A stretch of DNA of 64,000 nucleotides from NCBI RefSeq assembly GCF_009914755.1, contig NC_060941.1. One strand, given 5' to 3'. The position numbers and the translations under genes were made by a program. Under the pieces are notes generated by a model. That model did not search any database. It saw only the letters and a list, made by a program, of their open reading frames with translations, and had not been told where the DNA came from. This stretch comes from the human T2T-CHM13v2.0 reference genome, Homo sapiens. Below are positions 1 through 16,079 of the stretch, in pieces (position 1 is the first letter of the stretch; the number at the start of each line of letters is the position of its first letter).

Positions 1-165
1 AATTAGCCATGCGTGGTGGCACACGCCTGTAGTCCCAGCTACTCAGGAAGTTGAGGCACAAGAATCACCTGAACCCAGGAAGCGGAGGTTGCAGTCAGCT
101 GAGATTGCACCACTGCACTCCAGCCTGGGCAACAGAGTGAGACTCTGTCTCTAAATAAATAAATA
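1..165 (+). mobile_element. Alu (right arm, cut by window edge)
   Basis: Alu right-monomer sequence ending in a (TAAA) tail. Confidence 0.95.
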
Positions 166-364
166 TGCAAAAGCAATCCTATTTAGTAGCTTGATAGACT
201 GCCATTAGCTGGAAGTTAATTTTCCTCTACTCCTCACCAGTGTTAGTATCACAAGTATTTTCTTTTACCCATATCCTACAAAATGATATCATTTAGTTTC
301 AGATATAGGTACACTTCAACTGCAGGTGAATTTTGCTGTACTTAAAGTCTTGTAGTATCTCTAA

Positions 365-1010
365 CATACCACTCCGTCTTGTCTCAGACTTTACTGTTCC
401 CTCTGCCTAGAATACCCTTCATTCCCCCTTTTGCTTGCCTACTTCTATTAATCCTTTATTCCCTCATTCATGAGATGAAATCTAACTCTGAAGCCCAGAC
501 TGCAGGGCAGTGGTGTGATTATAGCTCACTGCAGCCTTGAACTCCTAGGTTCAAGAGATTCCCCCACCTCAGCCTCCTGAGTAACTGAGACTACAGGCAC
601 ACACCACCGTGCCCAGCTCATTAAAAAAAATTTTTTTTAGAGACAGGGTCTCGCTTGGTTGACCAGGCTGGTTTCGAACACCTGGCTCCGAGCAATCCTT
701 CCACCTCGGCCTCCCAAAGTGCTGGGATTACAGGCATGAGCCACCCCACCAGCCCTACTTATCTTTTAGATTGGAACTTAGGTGTCCCTTTCTCCAGAGG
801 CCTTCCTTGATCCCTCTAGGACTGGGTTCCACGGTCTTTCCAAATACAACCATACTCCCTCTACAGTTCTCTAGTGTAGCAATTCTCACACTGCCTGTTT
901 ACTTGTTGGTCTCCATATTATAAGCTTGAAGGCAGGAACTGTCTCTTGATCACTGCTGTATACTCAGCACCTAGCAATGCTGAATAAAAATTTTGAATAA
1001 ATGACTAATG
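365..1010 (+). mobile_element. L2 LINE 3' end, interrupted by an Alu
   Basis: ctgttccctctgcctagaat motif; ggcaggaactgtct...cagcacctagca...tgaataaatga L2 terminus. Confidence 0.75.
471..753 (-). mobile_element. Alu (AluJ-like)
   Basis: Antisense Alu with AluJ-type gcagccttgaactcc. Confidence 0.9.
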
Positions 1011-1744
1011 TAAAAGAAAGAACAAGTATTGTAGGACAGATTCTCCAACCAAGGTGCCCCATTTTCTATAATGTAGATTCAGTCTGCAAACACCCTGATT
1101 GATTTAAAATACAAAAAGATAGTAATTCCTCAAACAAGAATATTCTTAGCTATAGCCATCCCACATTTTCACATACGCAACCATTTTAGAGACTGCACAA
1201 CAGAATTCTCATAGAAACAAAGATGAATGGGTCAATGTTGTCAATAATAATCATAAATTAGGGAACTAATCATCATCATCTGCTTTTAGAAGTGGGTTCT
1301 ATTTATTTTATTTTAGATAGTCATATCTAGCAATCTTTATAGCTTCTATTTTTTAACTTGCATATTTAAATAAGTTTCCCAGAAAATAGTTCATTAATTC
1401 ATCTACAATTTATTGTGGTATATGGTTGAAGATAGAGCTATCTAACTTAATTTTCTCCCCAAATAGTTAATTGTTATTACAGCACTACCTGGCTATTTAT
1501 CCATTTTCCCCAACTGACTTGAAATTCTACCTTAATCATACACTAAATATTTTCATGTACTAAGGTCTATTTCTGGGCCTTCTAGGCAACATCTTTCTTG
1601 TACACCATGCTATTATTAGCTTATAATTGTTTTCAATATGTGACTGTGAGAATCTCATCTTTTAATTTTGAGTGCACAATTTCACCCACTTAGTCTTCCA
1701 AATGACTTTGTTAGGTTTTCAACACCCTAAAAATCCCTTTAGAA

Positions 1745-2207
<463 letters not shown>

Positions 2208-2472
2208 TAATATTACATTTGATTATATTATATATTACGTAATATATAATGGTTATTGCCGGCAATATACAATAGCAAATCATTTCTATATATTTATTTT
2301 GATATTAACTGGTTTATTGCAGTTTTAAAAAATAAATTTTTATATATTTTTTCATTTAATAATCACTTTTCAAAGAGTAAAAATGTAAAAAGCTATTCAT
2401 TGAAGTTACGTAAACAAGTGCTTCCACTCACAAATAAGATAGAAATACTTATAAATGAAATGTGAACCACAA

Positions 2473-2753
2473 GTTTTTTTTTTTTCTTGGAGACAGAGTC
2501 TAGCTCTGTTGCCCGGGCTGCAGTGCACTGTTGCGATCATACCTTACTGTTGTCTTGAACCCCTGGGCTCAAGTGATCCTTCCACCTCAGCCTCCCAACT
2601 AGCTGGGACTACAGGTGTGCACCACCATGCCCAGCTAAATTTTATTTTTTGTAGAGACAGAGTCTCACTATGTTGTCTAGGCTGGTCTTGAACTCCTAGG
2701 CTCAAGTAATTTGCCTACCTCAGCCTCTTGAAATGCTGGGACAGGCATGAACC
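2473..2753 (-). mobile_element. Alu (AluJ-like)
   Basis: Antisense Alu dimer. Confidence 0.9.
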
Positions 2754-3065
2754 AAATAATTTAATGCAAGCTTCACCACCTAATTCTCTAAGAATTTGTA
2801 TAATCTCAAGTATAAAAATATCTAAAGAGTTTGATTTTCTATCGACTATTTTAATTTACATTTAAATATATTTATGATTTTTATATAAAAGAGGAGATTA
2901 CATATATCCAACATAAGAACTGTTGTCAGGGAGCAAGTGGTAATACTTATCTCTAACCCTCATGAAAAATAAGAAAAAAAGACTCATTCATTAAACTGTG
3001 AACCTTTTGAAACAGGGACTGTGTCTTATTTTTATACCCTGATACCTGGCCATAGTATGTGTTCT

Positions 3066-3170
3066 TTTTTTTTTTTTTTTTAAGTCTTATTGAGAAATAA
3101 TTCATATACCATACAATTCACCTATTAAAAGTATACAATTCAATGTTTTTAGTATCTTCACACAATTATG
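3066..3170 (-). mobile_element. L1 (L1M) 3' end fragment
   Basis: poly-T then ttgagaaataattcatataccatacaattcacc...gtatacaattcaatg, typical L1MB 3' terminus. Confidence 0.7.
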
Positions 3171-3194
3171 TTTTTTTAAATATATATTTCTGCC

Positions 3195-3486
3195 TTTTTT
3201 TTTGAAGATAGGGTCTTATTTTGTTGCCCAGGTTGGGGTGCAGTCACACAATTTTGGCTCACTGCAGCCTCTGCCTCCCAGACTCACGTGATTCTCTCAC
3301 CTCAGCCTCCTGAGTAGCTGGGACTACAGGCACATGCCACCATGCTTGACTAACTTTTTAATTTTTTGTAGAGATGACAGCTCACTCTATTGCCCAGGTT
3401 GGTCTTGAACTCCTGGATTCAAGCGATCCTCCTGCCTTGGTCTCCCAAAGCACTGGGATTACAGGTGTCAGCCACTACGCCCAGCC
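3195..3486 (-). mobile_element. Alu (AluJ-like)
   Basis: Antisense Alu dimer. Confidence 0.92.
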
Positions 3487-3511
3487 TATTTATGCATTTT
3501 AAAACCATGCC

Positions 3512-3820
3512 AGCCGGGCGCGATGGCTCATGCCTGTAATCCCAGCACTTTGGGACACCGAAGCGGGTGGATCACGAGGTCAGGAGATCGAGACCATCCT
3601 GGCTAACACGGTGAAACCCCGTCTCTACTAAAAATATAAAAATTTAGCTGGGCATGGTGGCGGGCGCCTGTAGTCCCAGCTACTCGGGAGGCTGAGGCAG
3701 GAGAATGGCGAGAACCAGGAGACGGAGCTTGCAGTGAGCCGGGATCACACCACTGCACTCCAGCCTGGGTGACAGAGCAAGACTCCGTCACAAAAACAAA
3801 CAAACAAACAAACAAAAAAC
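3512..3820 (+). mobile_element. AluY-like
   Basis: gatcacgaggtcaggagatcgagaccatcctggctaacacgg diagnostics; TSD aaccatgcca. Confidence 0.93.
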
Positions 3821-4003
3821 CAACCATGCCATATATTCAAAACCAAAAGTGTATACAGAGAGAGGGAGAAGAAAAAATAAAAATAAAAAACAAAATTTAA
3901 AGTCCAACGAAAAGATTTTCACCGTATATAAAAGAATGAATTAATAGTCTCAACGAACAAGGAATTCCAATTAGAAAAAGATAAACACCAATAAAAAAAT
4001 GGG

Positions 4004-4287
4004 GGCAGGGCACGGTGGCTCACGCCTGTAATCCCAGCATTTTGGGAGGCTGAGGCGGGTGGATCACTTGAGGTCAGGAGTTCAAGACCAGCTTGGCCAA
4101 CATGGCGAAACCCCATCTCTACTAAAAATACAAAAATTAGCCGGGCGCAGTGGTGAGCGCCTGTAATCCCAGCTACTTGGGAGGCTAAGGCAGGAGAATC
4201 GCTTGAGCCCTGTAGGCGGAGGTTGCAGTGAGTTGAGGTTGCGCACCACTGCACTCCAGACTGGGTGAGTGAGACTCTGTAAAAAAG
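4004..4287 (+). mobile_element. Alu (AluS-like)
   Basis: Sense Alu dimer. Confidence 0.93.
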
Positions 4288-4431
4288 GCAAAGACTAGAA
4301 GCAGATAATTCACAAAAGAAATACAAATGAAAAGGAAGTGAAAATGTTTAGCTAGAAATTTATAAAACAAAAAATTTAAAAAACAAAAATCCAAACAAGG
4401 ATGCTGTACTATATTTTCCCTAAAAAAATCA

Positions 4432-4736
<305 letters not shown>

Positions 4737-4752
4737 TTAAAATTTAAAAAAA

Positions 4753-5368
<616 letters not shown>

Positions 5369-5850
5369 TTAAGATAAAACAATAATATGCAATACTGTCG
5401 AAGGATCAGGAAAAATGGGCAATCTGTATCAACAGCTTTAGTATTGACCATGTTTTTGATACCTTAGAAAAATGCATTCTAATAAAAGAAATCAGATATC
5501 ATCAAAGGTTTATGCAGACTATTCATAATGGCAAACAAACTGTAAGCCACTTTAATGTACAAAAACCGGGAAGTTGAGTAAATTAAAAAACTGCCACGTA
5601 ATAGAACTTTATTAAGCCATTAGCTTATATTGCCTAAGTATTATATATTTAAAATAAAAACATGAGCAGAAAATAATAATTACTGGGGAAGAAGCAGGTT
5701 TCTTCTGGTATGTGAATTATAAATGATTACTTTCTTATATATGACCATCTATATTTTCTAAACTTCCTACAATGATCATATATTACATATATTATAATGG
5801 GAAAGTGAATTAGGGATGGGGAAAATGTATAAATTACTGTTCCTTTTCTT

Positions 5851-6461
<611 letters not shown>

Positions 6462-6739
6462 TGTTCCTTTTCTTAATTAGATGTCTTATGAGGTATTAGG
6501 TAGATGAATACACATATCATCTAACCAACGTTTTAAGAGAGACTTAATAAGTTGGAAGATCATCAACAAGTGAAAGCCTCTGCTGGCAGGTGGCTGGCTA
6601 CCTAAATAAATGACACTCTCCCTTTCCTCCTTCTTTGTACAGCAGCTTCTAATCTCCTGCTACAGCCATGTGAACTCAGCTCAAATTCACAATCTTTTCT
6701 ATCCTATTCAATGTCCTTTTTCTCTAGAGCCCTGATTGT

Positions 6740-7176
<437 letters not shown>

Positions 7177-8520
7177 TAATATTTTTATAGTAACAGATAT
7201 AGAGGTAGATCTATAGAGATATATTCATTTACATAAGGCTTAAAATAAACCATAAAAATTCAGGTAATGGGCTCCTTTAAATTTTCTATACCCAGACTGC
7301 CAGGGGTTGCCTATTCACTCTCCACTACTGTTATAGAAATTTCTTGTGGAAAGATTTGAGAAGCACTGCAGAGGATTGTTGTATGTAACTTTAAAATCAA
7401 GCCTGTGTTTAATTAATATTGAACAATTAAGACATAAGCTAAATGTTAGGGGGTATGGTAGGTTAGTAGATATGAAGAGAAGATCGGATGCTTAAGATTC
7501 CTAGGTCTAATTCCTTGATCTAGTTCTAGGACTGAAGGCATGTCACTTAACTTTATTGGGCTTCCAATACAAAATACTGAAAAAGAAGATTCTGCACTTA
7601 AAAAAAAAAAAAACTCAAAGCCTCCATGCTTAATTTACGGAAATGAAGGAGAAAATTTGGAGTCAGAAATCAGAATGTGATCTCATCCCTAATATAAATT
7701 AGGCCTAGCTAGTGATCCTTGCTAACACACTGGAAATCATAAGGAGACCAATTACTAACAGCCTTTTGCAGTTAAACACTCCTGGTTTTATTAATGAAAA
7801 TAAATGACAGAAGAAAAAATTAATTGGCAACTTAATACAGGAAGATTTTAATTATACTTACAGAACTATTAACCTTGACAACCCACCAGCTCATGTATAA
7901 TAAGAAAGCACCTCCCTCACTAATATAAATCTAAGTAAAACTACACGAATACAAAATATTATATAGAGAAGGGTAAAATCTCCTGAGAAGCACTCTGTCA
8001 TCTGAATTTCCTCTGCAATTTGTTGAAAATCAGCATCATGCATTGTCAGCTTACAGACCACTAAAGCTACCTCAAAAGCTGCTCCGCTACATATTTAAAA
8101 CAATATCCACTGTTTTTCTTTAACAACTTCCACACTGTCCTCTCCATTCTCTCCTCCAACCTCACTCTTACTTCCTTAAGGCTCCCATATACCTTACCCT
8201 CCCATTTTACACAAGCCTCATGAAGTTCTCTTCTTGGACTTCTTTGTTTTTATCTTGAGATTACTTTAGAAAACATTTATGATCTAAAGTCTGAGAACAC
8301 TTTATTGATGCATCTTATCCCCTTGAAGAGAGAAGAAATGGTTATAACCAACTTTTCAATACAATCCTTTCCTTCTGCCATCCTCAGGGAGTCATAATAT
8401 GCTTCATCCATGATACTCAAAGTCATTAGAATTTTTATAATCAAGCTAAATAACTACAGGAAGCCTATGATGATACAGTCATATTATTCTGCTAATTATC
8501 CTACATTATCTATTAGTAAT

Positions 8521-9139
8521 ACAGAGTCATCCCTCCATATCCATGAGGGATTGTTTCCAGGACCCTCCTTCAGATACCAAAGTGAGTGGATGCTCAAGTG
8601 TCTTATGTAAAATGGCATAATATTTGCAGATAACCTATGAACAATCTCTTGTATACTTTATTTATTTATTTATTTGAGTAGGGGTCTCGTTCTTGTTGAC
8701 CAGGCTGGAGTGCAGCAGTGAGATCATGGCTCACTACAGGCTCAAACTCCTGGACTCAAGGGATCCTCCCGCCTCAGCCTCCAGAGTAACTGGGACTACA
8801 GGCATGTGCCACCATGTCCAGCTAATTACTATTATTATTATTATTATTTTTGTAGAGACAGGATCTTGCTGATTTACCCAGGGTGGGCTCAAACTCCTGG
8901 ATTCAAGCAATCTTCCTACTACAGCCTCCCAAAGTGCTAAGATTACAGGCATGAGCCACTGTGCCTGCCTCCCATATACTTTAAATCATCTCAAGATTAC
9001 TTATAATACATAAAACAATGTAAGTGCTATATAAATAGTTGTTATGCAGTATTTTTATTTGTATTATTTTTTATTATTGTATTGCTATTTTTTAAATTTT
9101 CTGAATATTTTTAATCCATGGTTGGTTGAATCTACCATG
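8521..9139. mobile_element. MER2 (Tigger-derived) DNA element, interrupted by an Alu
   Basis: gtcatccctccatatccatg...ccaggaccc...ggatgctcaagt...taaatcatctc...ggttggttgaatc. Confidence 0.85.
8661..8970 (-). mobile_element. Alu (AluJ-like)
   Basis: Antisense dimer, TSD tatacttta. Confidence 0.92.
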
Positions 9140-9149
9140 GGTATTCTTC

Positions 9150-9450
9150 CTTTTTTTTTTTTTTTAAGAGATGGATTCTTGCCTTGTCGCCCAGGCTGAA
9201 GTGCAGTTGCGTGATCTTGGCTCACTGCAAGCTCCGCCTCCTGGGTTCATGCCATTCTCCTGCCTCAGCCTCCCGAGTAGCTGGGACTACAGGTGCCTGC
9301 CACCAAGCCCGGCTAATTTTTCGTATTTTTAGTAGAGACGGGGTTTCACCATGTTAACCAGGATGGTCTTGATCTCCTGACCTCATGATCTGCCCGCCTC
9401 AGCCTCCCAAAGTGTTGGGATTACAGGCATAAGCCACTGCGCCCAGCCCG
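9150..9450 (-). mobile_element. Alu (Y/Sc-like)
   Basis: TSD gggtattctt. Confidence 0.93.
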
Positions 9451-9517
9451 CCAAGGGTATTCTTAAATCTAGATCTGCCCCCTCCCCAAAACTGAACAGA
9501 GCTGGGGAGAAAAAGGA

Positions 9518-9558
9518 AGAAAAAATGGCAAACAACAAAGAGCAAGATGAGTACACCT
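9518..9558. repeat. Left arm of perfect 41-bp inverted repeat
   Basis: agaaaaaatggcaaacaacaaagagcaagatgagtacacct is the exact reverse complement of 10949-10989. Confidence 0.95.
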
Positions 9559-9726
9559 GATAGGAAGCCCCCTCCTTTATGTCTTATTCTAATATAAATG
9601 AGAGTAACTTTGAAAACATCTATCCTTATTGTCATTAGTTAAATATTTTTTTTCATGAGAAACTTGTACAGTCCCAATAGAGAGTTAGCTGTATGTATAA
9701 ATTAAAAGAATCAATAAAAGGCACCA

Positions 9727-9815
9727 GCTGGCCATCCCAACACTTTGGAAGGCTGAGACGGAAGGACTGCTTGAGACCAGGAGTTCGAGACCACATCTCT
9801 ACAAAAAAAAAAAAT
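9727..9815 (+). mobile_element. Alu left monomer (FLAM-like, partly deleted)
   Basis: cccaacactttgg...cttgagaccaggagttcgagacc followed by A tail. Confidence 0.8.
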
Positions 9816-9845
9816 TTAATTCTTTGTTTAAAAAAAGGCACCAGT

Positions 9846-10215
<370 letters not shown>

Positions 10216-10948
10216 TTACTTGCCTAATTTCCTAAGAAGCATAACTTTCCTGATAAACAATGCCTTGAACAGCCCATGAAAGGAATAACCAAGGCTACTA
10301 AGCATTGGTAAAATGAAACATTACACAAAACTATTTTGTATAAAATAAATAGTCAACTGAAAATATGGAATAAGATGGTAGTTATAAAGTATGCTGCAGA
10401 TTAAAAAAAACTCTCAAACTATCAGAGTAAATTGAGATGGCACACAAAATGGTTTCGTTCTATATTTTCTGCAAGATCTAAGACACTAACAATAAGAAAA
10501 ACTAAGCTTTGAAGAAAATCAGGAATAGCTTTCAGTTCTATCTATGTGTATTATGTGAACACGTGCACATTCATTATCAGTCCAAAGTGCTTCCACAGAG
10601 ACTCTGCTTTTTATAAAGTGATAATTTCCAATTTTCCTATGTTTAAGGAGTCACAGAATTGAATACTTGGTATGCACAATCCACTGGGAAGTAGGCAGTC
10701 ATTAATAGACCATTACCTGGGACAATTATAAAAGCTATGTAAAAATATTCAGATCTGATCCTCAGCCTTTAGAACAACTGCAATGAATAGATAATACTTA
10801 ATCAATGTTGAGTTCATAAATACTTCTTTCTTGGCCTGTAATAAGGAAAGGTTTAAAATATTTTCATATAAGTAAAATATAAGAAATATTTAAAAACATT
10901 TTTCCAGTGAAGTCAAACAAATCTACTTTTTAAATTCTAAATTTAAAA

Positions 10949-10989
10949 AGGTGTACTCATCTTGCTCTTTGTTGTTTGCCATTTTTTCT
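10949..10989. repeat. Right arm of perfect 41-bp inverted repeat
   Basis: aggtgtactcatcttgctctttgttgtttgccattttttct. Confidence 0.95.
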
Positions 10990-11289
10990 ATTTTACGTGA
11001 ACCAGTCCCCTCACATTTTCATACCAGGGAGGATGGGCAAATAATTCCAAAGGCACGGTTCTTGTCCTTGTACTGGTTAAAGACCTAATGATAATAATAG
11101 CTATGTGAATAATGTAAAGAGTCAAAGTAAATGTGAACTAAAGGGCAGAACACAGATTGTAAACACCTAATTTTTGTTTCATACTTCACTTTAAAAAGCC
11201 TGTGTGAGCAAAGAAAGATCTGTTTCTGTATTGGCTCTTAACACTCTAAGATTCTGCAAAATTAATTCACCACAGGAACATGGGACATG

Positions 11290-11440
11290 TCCATTCATTC
11301 AAGAGCTATCTCTTAAGTTTCTCCAGGCACTGTGCTAGCTGCTGGTATAAAACAGATCGAGTCCTTGCTTCAGTCTGATGAAAGAAGCAATCAAATGAAC
11401 ACATAAGCAAAAGTAAAATTACAACTACAAATAGGAAATA
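11290..11440 (-). mobile_element. L2 fragment
   Basis: cattcattcaa...ccaggcactgtgctag antisense L2 terminus. Confidence 0.55.
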
Positions 11441-12146
11441 CAATACTACTTCTGGTGTTGGTAATGCATACACACTGACAGCATACCCCATGTCTAAACT
11501 CTTATGCTATCTACAGTAAAAACTCCCTTCTAGAAAGTATTCCCCAGCTTCCTTTCATTCCTCATCATCTGTTTACAGAATAAAGCAAATTTAAACAAAA
11601 CATGCACACTGAATTTCTGATACAAAGAGTGCTGCCCTGGAGACCACCTCAACCAGAGGCCATGAATGTAGACTTTAGATTTTTAATTCTAAAGAAGTCT
11701 ACTAGAAAACTAGCTAGAAATAAAAATTCCAATACATATGCAGTGCAGATTCGATTAAATTCAGCCCCTTGTCACCTCTCTCTTCCCAGGGGTACTTGGA
11801 CTATGCAGAAATTTCTGCCTCTTCTACTTGGGGGAATCAACCGTAAGAACTCCAGACACTTTCATTTCTCTCATATGCCCTCTAAAAGCATCTGAAGAGT
11901 CCATGAATTCCAAACCATATCAAGTTATTCTTAGCACTGCATCCCAGGGAAATATCTCAGTCAAAAACATATTTTGTTTTGACCCCCTTTCATCAAAGAC
12001 TTGGCTCCTGCTTTTCAGGAAGAAAAATAATGCAAAATTCAAAGTCTCTGATCTTCAACTGGGTATAAGCCCTCCTTTCCTAAAGTCCTGTTCTTTCTTC
12101 TCGCCTTTATCTTCTTCCTTGTATTATAAATTACATGCATTCACAT

Positions 12147-12318
12147 CTTATTTATTTATCTATCTATTTATTTGTTTATGAGGGGGGTCTCACTCTGTTG
12201 CCCAGGCTGGAGTGCAGTGGTGCAATCATAGCTCACTGGAGCTTTGAACTCCTGGGCTCCTCCTGCCTCTGCCTCCCAAGTAGCTGGGACTCCAGGCATA
12301 TGCCATCACACCCAGCTC
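12147..12318 (-). mobile_element. Alu right monomer (FRAM-like)
   Basis: Antisense monomer. Confidence 0.85.
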
Positions 12319-12548
12319 CATATTTACTAAGAGTAAAGCACTTAATGGGTACTCAACAAATATTTATTGAACAAGCGAGTTATTGGAGCAAATAAATTAT
12401 GAAAAAAAAAAATTCTAAGTAAGGAAAGGGAAAAATCAGTAAGGACTTAAAAATGATGAAAAACCATGGAGTAGGAAAACTTCTGATACAGTATACAGCT
12501 TTTAAGGAATAAAAATCCAACCAATCAACTAACCTGATAACCAAGTCT

Positions 12549-12833
12549 ATTTTTTTTTTTTTTTGAGGTGGAGTCTCGCTCTGTTGCCAGGCTGGAGTGC
12601 AGCGGCGCGATCTCGGCTCACTGCAACCTCTGCCCCCGGGTTCAAGTGATTCTCCTGCCTCAGCCTCCTGAGTAGCTGGGGCTACAGGCACACGCCATCA
12701 CGCCCAGCTAATCTTTTTGTATTTTTAGTAGAGACGGGGTTTCACTATGTTGGCCAGGCTGGTCTCGATCTCTTGCTCTCGTAGTCTGCCCGCCTCGGCC
12801 TCCCAAAGTGCTGGGATTACAGGCCCGAGCTGC
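12549..12833 (-). mobile_element. Alu (AluSc-like)
   Basis: TSD accaagtctatttt. Confidence 0.93.
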
Positions 12834-13263
12834 CAAACCAAGTCTATTTTAAGAATCAAAAGAATATCTATAAACCTTGGAATTCATGGTCATAAGAAAC
12901 TGGAAACATGAGCTAAACAGTAACCTGGGTCAAATTTGTAGCTAAGTAAGGGCAAAGGCCACACTTAATATGATCACAGATGGAACCAGATTCATCAGTG
13001 TCTTATCATTCAATGCATTTGTCCTGTGAATTCAAAGATGCTGCTACCTCTGTGTACACAAGCCCATCCCCTTCAGCATCTCCAGTGATAAGTGACTTAC
13101 CAGGTCACCTGAGACTGGCATTTAGTAAATGAGTACTGCACTTCCTTGGCTTCATTAAGTTAAGCAAATTTTAAGATATGAAAAGATATTTCTAGATATG
13201 AGAATCTACTGTTAAAATGATGTCATATAATCATTGAAAAAAACTTCGTATGAGCCAGGGACC

Positions 13264-13562
<299 letters not shown>

Positions 13563-14497
13563 GAGCCAGGGACTCTTAAACTTTCCTTTCTTCTGGTCCT
13601 AGTTTCCTCCAATTCCTATTTCCACAAAAGCAACTTTAACGGACAGTACTCTTGGCTTTCCTGGCTCTAGTTCTACGCAAATATCACGATGGGAGCTAAG
13701 ACTGACCATATTTATCACTAATAAGGTAGGGATAATCTTCACTACCTAATCACATCTGCAAAGTGAATTCACTGTACTGTGCTGTGGTGTCAGTATTAGT
13801 GGTGAACTGAAAATTTTGTTTACAAAACTCAAAGAGTTTGGGAGGGATAGCAGTGTGCCTGATATTTTTTCCTCAAAATACAATTTTTATCAGATTGCAT
13901 TTGAAACCTAAAAAGAGTACCAGAGAACAGTTGTGAAAAAATAAACTTCTTTAGTTCTATTCCACTGAAAATTAAAATAAAAAACATCTATATAGATGAA
14001 AGGCAGTATAGATTATAATTAGTAAAATATATACATTATAGAAAATAAACTGACTTTCTGTGATGGCAAAGTTGCTTTAATCAGAGATGTCTTTGAGGAG
14101 TTTCATGTAATATATTCAAATAAATAATAGTTTCATATTTTTTAAAAACATATGAGGCATTGGAAATATTAATTTTGTGACAGTTTACAAAATGAAATAC
14201 AGGTACATTTTGGGTACATATGATTACAAACTTATAGAAGAGTTTCCAGAACAGTATAAAGCAGGTATTTTCTTCACCCACCTCAGGCTTTGACCCTTGC
14301 ACTGGGCTAATGTTCCTCTGTGTGGATGATGCCTTCCTTACATTCCTCCAGCTCTAACACCCCACATTGGGCCACCCTCTAATCCCTTCTCTCTGCAGTA
14401 ACTCCCTCACCCTGCTTAGGCTCTAACATCGAACTCCAGGGTACCTCCCCCATGCGGATGCCCTCCTAACCCACTTGGGCACCAATATTCCACACTG

Positions 14498-14836
<339 letters not shown>

Positions 14837-15039
14837 CTATTTTGTTTAATCCCATCTAAAGGCTTTTATACTGAATTGCTACAGAAGAAAGGTGTTTTAT
14901 TTTTTAGTGCTTAAATTACAAATACAAATAAAGACAACTGAGCTTCAACTATGTACAAGGCACTGTTCTAGGTCTAGTGGAACTATATAGCCCTCTAAGA
15001 GCTTCTTTCATGACTGAGGAACCCACAACATCTCTACTT

Positions 15040-15627
15040 ACTAGTCATGATATTTTTCAGTCACAAGTGGTAAAAACAAAAACAAAAACAAAACTACCTG
15101 AACATGCCTTAAATAAGGAAAACTATCATCTTACATAACAAAAGGACCACAGTTGGTTACTTCAGTGGCTGAACTTTATCAAAGATGCAGTTTCCCTATC
15201 TTTGTGCTATGCCATCCTGATTGTGTCAGCATTGCTCTCAGGCTAATATGGCATCACGATGACTGCCACAGTCAAGGTTCATCACATACATCCCCAACAG
15301 GCCCTGAGAAAAACAGACCCTCCCCTGTGTCTTTTTAAGTGCAAGGAAAATTGTCCCAGAAGCCTCCCAGACTCCCAAGCTTCCCCTCTCATTTCACTGC
15401 CCTGAAGTGGATCACATGCTCATGCCTAAGCCAACCTCTGGCAAGGGGATGGCACCCTCTGACTGGCTGGGTCTAATCAGGATTCATGGGATAGGGCTTG
15501 GTCAGTTTCCCTTGAGGTATTCGGCTACCTGGAGGAAATGGATACCTACCAACCTGAACAAAACCGAGTTTTTAGGAATGGCAGTAGAGAATGGATATAG
15601 GGTATTCAACCTGCTGTGTCTGCTACA
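15040..15627 (-). mobile_element. Old ERVL/MaLR LTR (MLT1-type)
   Basis: tagtca...ttcagtcacaagtgg...ggatcacatgctcatgcctaagccaa...tgtctgctaca. Confidence 0.65.
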
Positions 15628-15684
15628 GACAACTGTGCCTGTAGCATAGCTGTACACTTTACAACTTTGAATTTATATGTAATG

Positions 15685-16079
15685 AACATTTGTTGTTTTT
15701 GCCTGCCCCATCAATTCCTCTTCTGATAATAACTTATTTTCTTGCAGGGAACCATCCTTTTGTATTCTCCAGCTAGAACTACTGAAGAAAAAGATATCTT
15801 TCCATTAGGGTGGCTTAGCTGATAAAATGTACAACTAGAGTTATAGATGGCTGTTTTTTTCATTGCCTTATAGGGAGGGCCTGTACAAAAATGAAACCAA
15901 CATAGAAAAAAGCAGAGGTATGTGGTGAAGAGAGATTACCTCGATGAAATAATTTGATGCCCTGAATCCAGTCATACCTTAAATTTATCCCTTACACTTC
16001 CCAGTTACATGAACCAACAAATCTTTATTTTCCTACGGACAGTTTCTATTACTCTCAATCAATAGTCCTGACAAATACA
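15685..16079 (+). mobile_element. Old ERVL/MaLR LTR (MLT1/LTR33-like)
   Basis: tttgcctgcccca...ccctgaatccagtcatacct...gtcctgacaaataca terminus. Confidence 0.6.

Noticed and set aside
9525-9560. Micro-ORF MANNKEQDEYT* with good Kozak context in the left inverted-repeat arm
   Set aside because: 11 codons with no promoter or exon support; expected by chance.
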